From: a virus
Taxonomy: Duplodnaviria; Caudoviricetes
Virus record (IMG/VR): IMGVR_UViG_3300001199_000006
Coordinates: 1-64,000 of that record
Reading direction: 5' to 3' (one strand)
DNA length: 64,000 nucleotides
Below are positions 63,747 through 64,000 of the stretch, one piece after another. The notes beneath the pieces were generated by a model. That model was not told the origin of the DNA, did no database searches, and was given only the letters and a program-made list of their open reading frames with translations. Made by a program: the position numbers and the translations under genes. Position 1 is the first letter of the stretch, and the number at the start of each line of letters is the position of its first letter.

Positions 63747-64000
63747 TCACAGGTAGCGGAACTTGAGGATGTGCAGATTCGAGACCCGACCGTTCGAGCC
63801 GCGCGTGGGCGCGCCCGGGTCGTCGCGTTGCGCCGAGAAGCGCAACAAGATGCGCGGCGTCCCCGAAGTCGAGTCCTTCACCACACCGGCCGTGTAAGTG
63901 ACCGGCGTGTAGCTGAGCCCACCCGACGGGTTCGTGTGCGCCGGGTTGGTCCCGGCACAGGTGATCGTCAGCACCGTGACGAACACGCTGTTGAAGCTGT
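63747..64000 (-). CDS. Hypothetical structural protein (3' part; start outside the window)
   Basis: Open frame from the window edge to the stop at 63747. Confidence 0.55.
   Translation of the reverse strand, partial: SFNSVFVTVLTITCAGTNPAHTNPSGGLSYTPVTYTAGVVKDSTSGTPRILLRFSAQRDDPGAPTRGSNGRVSNLHILKFRYL

Overview
This is a 64-kb, GC-rich, gene-dense segment of a large contractile-tailed (myovirus-type) dsDNA phage genome, transcribed almost entirely on the minus strand. It has three parts. (1) 1-15.9 kb, replication/recombination module: T4 gp32-like SSB, UvsY-like mediator, UDG-fused family A DNA polymerase, primase, DnaB/gp41-type helicase, UvsW-like and RecQ helicases, a Tad1-like anti-Thoeris/CBASS sponge, a Zn-ribbon SpoVG and a Myb-like repeat regulator. 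(2) 16-35.5 kb, accessory/early region: GGDEF diguanylate cyclase, DarA_C-like protein, DUF4942-methyltransferase, exported sulfatase, GHKL-ATPase/HExxH fusion, DUF932-like protein, many small ORFs and a plus-strand two-lipoprotein moron. (3) 35.6-64 kb, tail/baseplate module: 21-aa repeat protein, two tail-collar fibres, P2 gpI-like protein, wedge, gp25, PAAR-like tip, spike, hub, tube initiator, tape measure and a LamG-gp53-like fusion. A 3-kb island of early-type genes interrupts this module. Two DNA-level signals are not explained by the ORFs. The first is a sigma28-like promoter (TCAAG-N16-GCCGATAG type) in 10 copies, six of them 7-8 nt before an ATG (leaderless). The second is a TGACAC-S-GTGTCA palindrome in 8 copies, several overlapping stop codons. 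The Zn-ribbon SpoVG and the sulfatase suggest a Planctomycetota host (inference). No tRNA, rRNA, CRISPR array, integrase or reverse transcriptase was seen. All family assignments come from motif recognition by eye, not database searches.
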